Source of the DNA: Dehalococcoidia bacterium
Lineage (GTDB): Bacteria > Chloroflexota > Dehalococcoidia > Bin125
Reading direction: 5' to 3'
NCBI GenBank assembly: GCA_022822375.1
Contig: JAJEBU010000055.1
Span: 70,695-134,694, forward strand
Length of the DNA: 64,000 nt
Below are positions 61,668 to 64,000 of this stretch, in pieces (positions within the stretch are counted from its first letter, which is position 1; each line of letters begins with the position of its first letter). Both the position numbers and the translations under genes were made by a program. Under the pieces are notes generated by a model. The model had not been told where the DNA came from, did not search any database, and was given only the letters and a program-made list of their open reading frames with translations.

Positions 61668-63479
61668 GTGCTGAAGTCACACGGATGCGGCGCGCTGCGC
61701 GCGGAACATGCAGGACAAACAGTCTCGTTGGCGGGCTGGGTGCATCGCCGGCGTGATCACGGACAGCTCATCTTCATCGACCTGCGCGACCGCGATGGGC
61801 TCGTCCAGATCGTCGTCCGCCCCGACGACCATCCCGACGCTTACGCCGCCGCCAACGACGTGCGCGGCGAGTACGTGTTGCGCGTCGAGGGCGAAGTCGT
61901 CGAGCGCTCGGATGCCACTCGCAACCCCAACCTGCCCACGGGCGACGTCGAGGTCGTCGCGACCTCCGTGCACGTGCTCAACGCCGCCAAGACCCCGCCG
62001 TTCTCTGTCTCTGAGGACGATGACGTCAACGAGCTGGTTCGGATGCAGTACCGCTATATCGACCTGCGCCGGCCGACGATGATCGCCGCGCTCGAGTTGC
62101 GGCATCGGCTTAACCAGTTCATCCGCGACTTCATGACCGAGCGAGGCTTCCTGGAAGTCGAGACGCCCATCCTTGTCGCGGCCACGCCCGAAGGCGCGCG
62201 CGACTACGTCGTGCCCAGCCGATTGACGCCCGGCGCGTTCTACGCGCTGCCGCAAGCGCCGCAGCAGTTCAAGCAGCTGCTGATGGTCGCCGGCGTCGAG
62301 CGCTACTTCCAGATCGCCCGCTGCTTCCGCGACGAAGACCTGCGCGCCGATCGTCAGCCGGAGTTTGTGCAGCTCGACCTCGAATGGTCGTTCTGCGAGG
62401 AAGAGGACATCCTGGGCTTGCTGGAGGAGCTGTTCTCACAAGCCGCCGCTGCGCTGCGGCCTGATCTGACCGTCCCGCGCCCCTTCCCGCGTCTCACCTG
62501 GCAGGAAGCGATGGAGCGCTATGGATCAGACAAGCCCGACCTGCGCTACGGCCTCGAGCTGTCTGATTGCTCGGACATCGCCGAGACGTCGGGCTTCGGC
62601 GTGTTCTCGTCGACGATCGCCAACGACGGCAGGGTGCGCGGCATCGTGATGCCCGGCGGCGCCTCGTTGTCCCGCCGCGACGTTGACGGCTTCACCAACC
62701 TGGCCAAAACGATGGGCGCGCCGGGACTCGTCTCGCTGCAGTTCAGCGCTGATCCCGCGGCCGCAACCGAGGACGATGTCCGCTCGCCGGTCCTGCGCCA
62801 CCTCGGCATTGCGGACGCGCGCCGAATCGGCGAACGCTGCGGCGCGTCAGCGGGAGACCTGGTGCTGCTCGCCGCCGGTGAGGCCGGCATGGTCTCGACC
62901 GTGCTCGACGGCATTCGCCGCGAGCTGGCGCGGCGCCTCGACCTGATCGACGACACCATCCTCAACTTTGGCTTCATCACCGACTTCCCGCTCGTCGAGT
63001 GGGACGACGACGGCCAGCGCTGGGACGCCTTGCACCATCCCTTTACCGCGCCGAACGAGGCGGACGCCGCGCTGCTCGACAGCGACCCGGCGAACGTGCG
63101 GGCGCGCGCCTACGACGCCATCTGCAACGGCTTCGAGCTGGGCTCGGGCTCGATTCGGATCCACCAGCGTGACCTGCAGCTGCAGGTGTTTGAGCTGCTC
63201 GGCATCGACGCGAAGGAGGCGCAGCAGCGCTTTGGACACATGCTCGACGCGTTTGAGTACGGCGCGCCTCCGCACGGCGGGTTCGCTTTCGGGATCGACC
63301 GTGTCGCGATGCTGCTCGCTGGCACCGAAAACATCCGTGAGGTGATCGCGTTCCCCAAGACCATGTCCGCCTCCGATCCAATGACCGGCGCACCCATGCC
63401 GATCGCCGTGGAGCAGCTGGATGAGCTGCATCTGCTCGTGCAGCAGGCTGAGTCAGCCGATCAATCAGCGGGCGGGTGA
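61668..63479 (+). CDS. aspS: aspartate--tRNA ligase
   Basis: Track ORF 61632..63479. GTG at 61668, preceded by GGGAGG, gives (M)LKSHGCGALR, which aligns with AspRS N-termini. FRDEDLRADRQPEF, GGFAFGIDRV. Confidence 0.9.
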   Translation: MLKSHGCGALRAEHAGQTVSLAGWVHRRRDHGQLIFIDLRDRDGLVQIVVRPDDHPDAYAAANDVRGEYVLRVEGEVVERSDATRNPNLPTGDVEVVATSVHVLNAAKTPPFSVSEDDDVNELVRMQYRYIDLRRPTMIAALELRHRLNQFIRDFMTERGFLEVETPILVAATPEGARDYVVPSRLTPGAFYALPQAPQQFKQLLMVAGVERYFQIARCFRDEDLRADRQPEFVQLDLEWSFCEEEDILGLLEELFSQAAAALRPDLTVPRPFPRLTWQEAMERYGSDKPDLRYGLELSDCSDIAETSGFGVFSSTIANDGRVRGIVMPGGASLSRRDVDGFTNLAKTMGAPGLVSLQFSADPAAATEDDVRSPVLRHLGIADARRIGERCGASAGDLVLLAAGEAGMVSTVLDGIRRELARRLDLIDDTILNFGFITDFPLVEWDDDGQRWDALHHPFTAPNEADAALLDSDPANVRARAYDAICNGFELGSGSIRIHQRDLQLQVFELLGIDAKEAQQRFGHMLDAFEYGAPPHGGFAFGIDRVAMLLAGTENIREVIAFPKTMSASDPMTGAPMPIAVEQLDELHLLVQQAESADQSAGG

Positions 63480-63486
63480 TAATCTG

Positions 63487-63515
63487 GCCTCATCGGCCGC
63501 TCTGGCCGACGAGGC
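63487..63515 (+). terminator. GC-rich hairpin 8 nt after the aspS stop
   Basis: GCCTCATCGGCC-GCTCT-GGCCGACGAGGC (11 of 12 bp paired). No clear U-tract. Confidence 0.4.
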
Positions 63516-63565
63516 TGGGCGCATTGGTGAGTATGTGAAGGTGAGGCGTGCGCGTGCCGAACGCG

Positions 63566-64000
63566 ATGACTCGAACGATCTTGCTGGCTCTCATCAGTTT
63601 GCTCGGTGCGGTCGTGCTCTCTGCTTGCAGCGGCGATGACGGTACCCAACAGCAGACGGCCAGCCAGGCAGCACAGGAAGCAGTCGAACGTACTGAACGG
63701 CAGCAGACCGAGGCGCAGCAAACGCAGCAGGACCAGCAAGCGCAGTCCGACGTCGCAGAGGCTCAGGCCCAGCAGTCCGCCGCCGCTGACGCAGCCCCAC
63801 GCGAACGCGGCACCTTCCGCATCGCCCGCGCCGAGCCAATCAACCTCGATCCTGCACAGATCACCGATGTCACGTCGGCCGTGATCGCCGTCGAGATCTT
63901 CGGCGGCCTGGTCACCCTCAACAGAGACCTGCAGATTGCCGCAGACATTGCCGAGTCGGTGCCGGGGCCGCAGATCAACGACGACGGTACCGTCACCTAT
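63566..64000 (+). CDS. ABC transporter substrate-binding lipoprotein (family 5, peptide/nickel type), 3' end beyond window
   Basis: Open frame from the ATG at 63566 to the window edge, so not in the track. MTRTILLALISLLGAVVLSAC lipobox, then a Gln-rich linker. FRIARAEPINLDPAQITD...EIFGGLVTL is typical of SBP family 5. Confidence 0.75.
   Translation, partial: MTRTILLALISLLGAVVLSACSGDDGTQQQTASQAAQEAVERTERQQTEAQQTQQDQQAQSDVAEAQAQQSAAADAAPRERGTFRIARAEPINLDPAQITDVTSAVIAVEIFGGLVTLNRDLQIAADIAESVPGPQINDDGTVTY

Noticed and set aside
61646-61670. CAGACAAGCTGG 12-mer upstream of aspS as another copy of the intergenic repeat (identical to 9441-9452)
   Set aside because: A 12-mer match among ~3 kb of total intergenic DNA is expected about 0.5 times by chance by my rough estimate. 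The flanking inverted-repeat arms and the rest of the 15-mer core are absent.

Overview
Densely coding, high-GC bacterial chromosomal window. I call 62 protein-coding genes (two cut by the window edges) and one tRNA-Arg(TCT). I see no rRNA, CRISPR array, transposase, integrase or recognisable phage or defence genes. Calls come from reading the supplied translations for family motifs. Over-long GC-rich ORFs were trimmed to starts supported by homologue N-termini, Shine-Dalgarno-like purine runs and stop/start overlaps. No database search was possible. Content: (i) housekeeping genes (lysS, greA, rsmD, coaD, priA, ribF-tyrS, leuS, purE, def, cca, yajC-secD-secF, selB, hemW, aspS). (ii) A ~14 kb minus-strand aromatic amino-acid supra-operon: tyrA-aroA-(gmk-like) / trpE-(Nudix-like)-(double CMD)-trpG-trpD-trpC-trpF-trpB-(CPBP protease)-trpA / aroH-aroF, with four non-pathway genes wedged in by stop/start overlap or very short gaps. 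(iii) A sodC-sodN pair (Cu,Zn plus Ni superoxide dismutase) downstream of an ABC-2 exporter. (iv) Scattered catabolic-type genes: crotonase, two SDRs, a DUF35/SCP2-thiolase pair, a family III CoA-transferase, an LLM oxidoreductase, two tandem P450 paralogues with a convergent 3Fe-4S-type ferredoxin, and an FGE-family protein. This repertoire reminds me of marine Chloroflexota (SAR202-like) or similar high-GC organisms, but that is inference only. Sequence-level oddities not explained by genes: a short intergenic repeat family sharing exact 10-mer and 15-mer blocks (9.4 kb and 38.2 kb), three helically phased TAGTCC repeats between purE and def, two independent in-frame 9-nt tandem repeats (cca, hemW), a REP-like double hairpin, and a signal-peptide-encoding 5' end with no canonical start codon. 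I do not see a clear-cut novel multi-gene system. The best candidates for something undescribed are the genes embedded in the trp operon and the intergenic repeat family.
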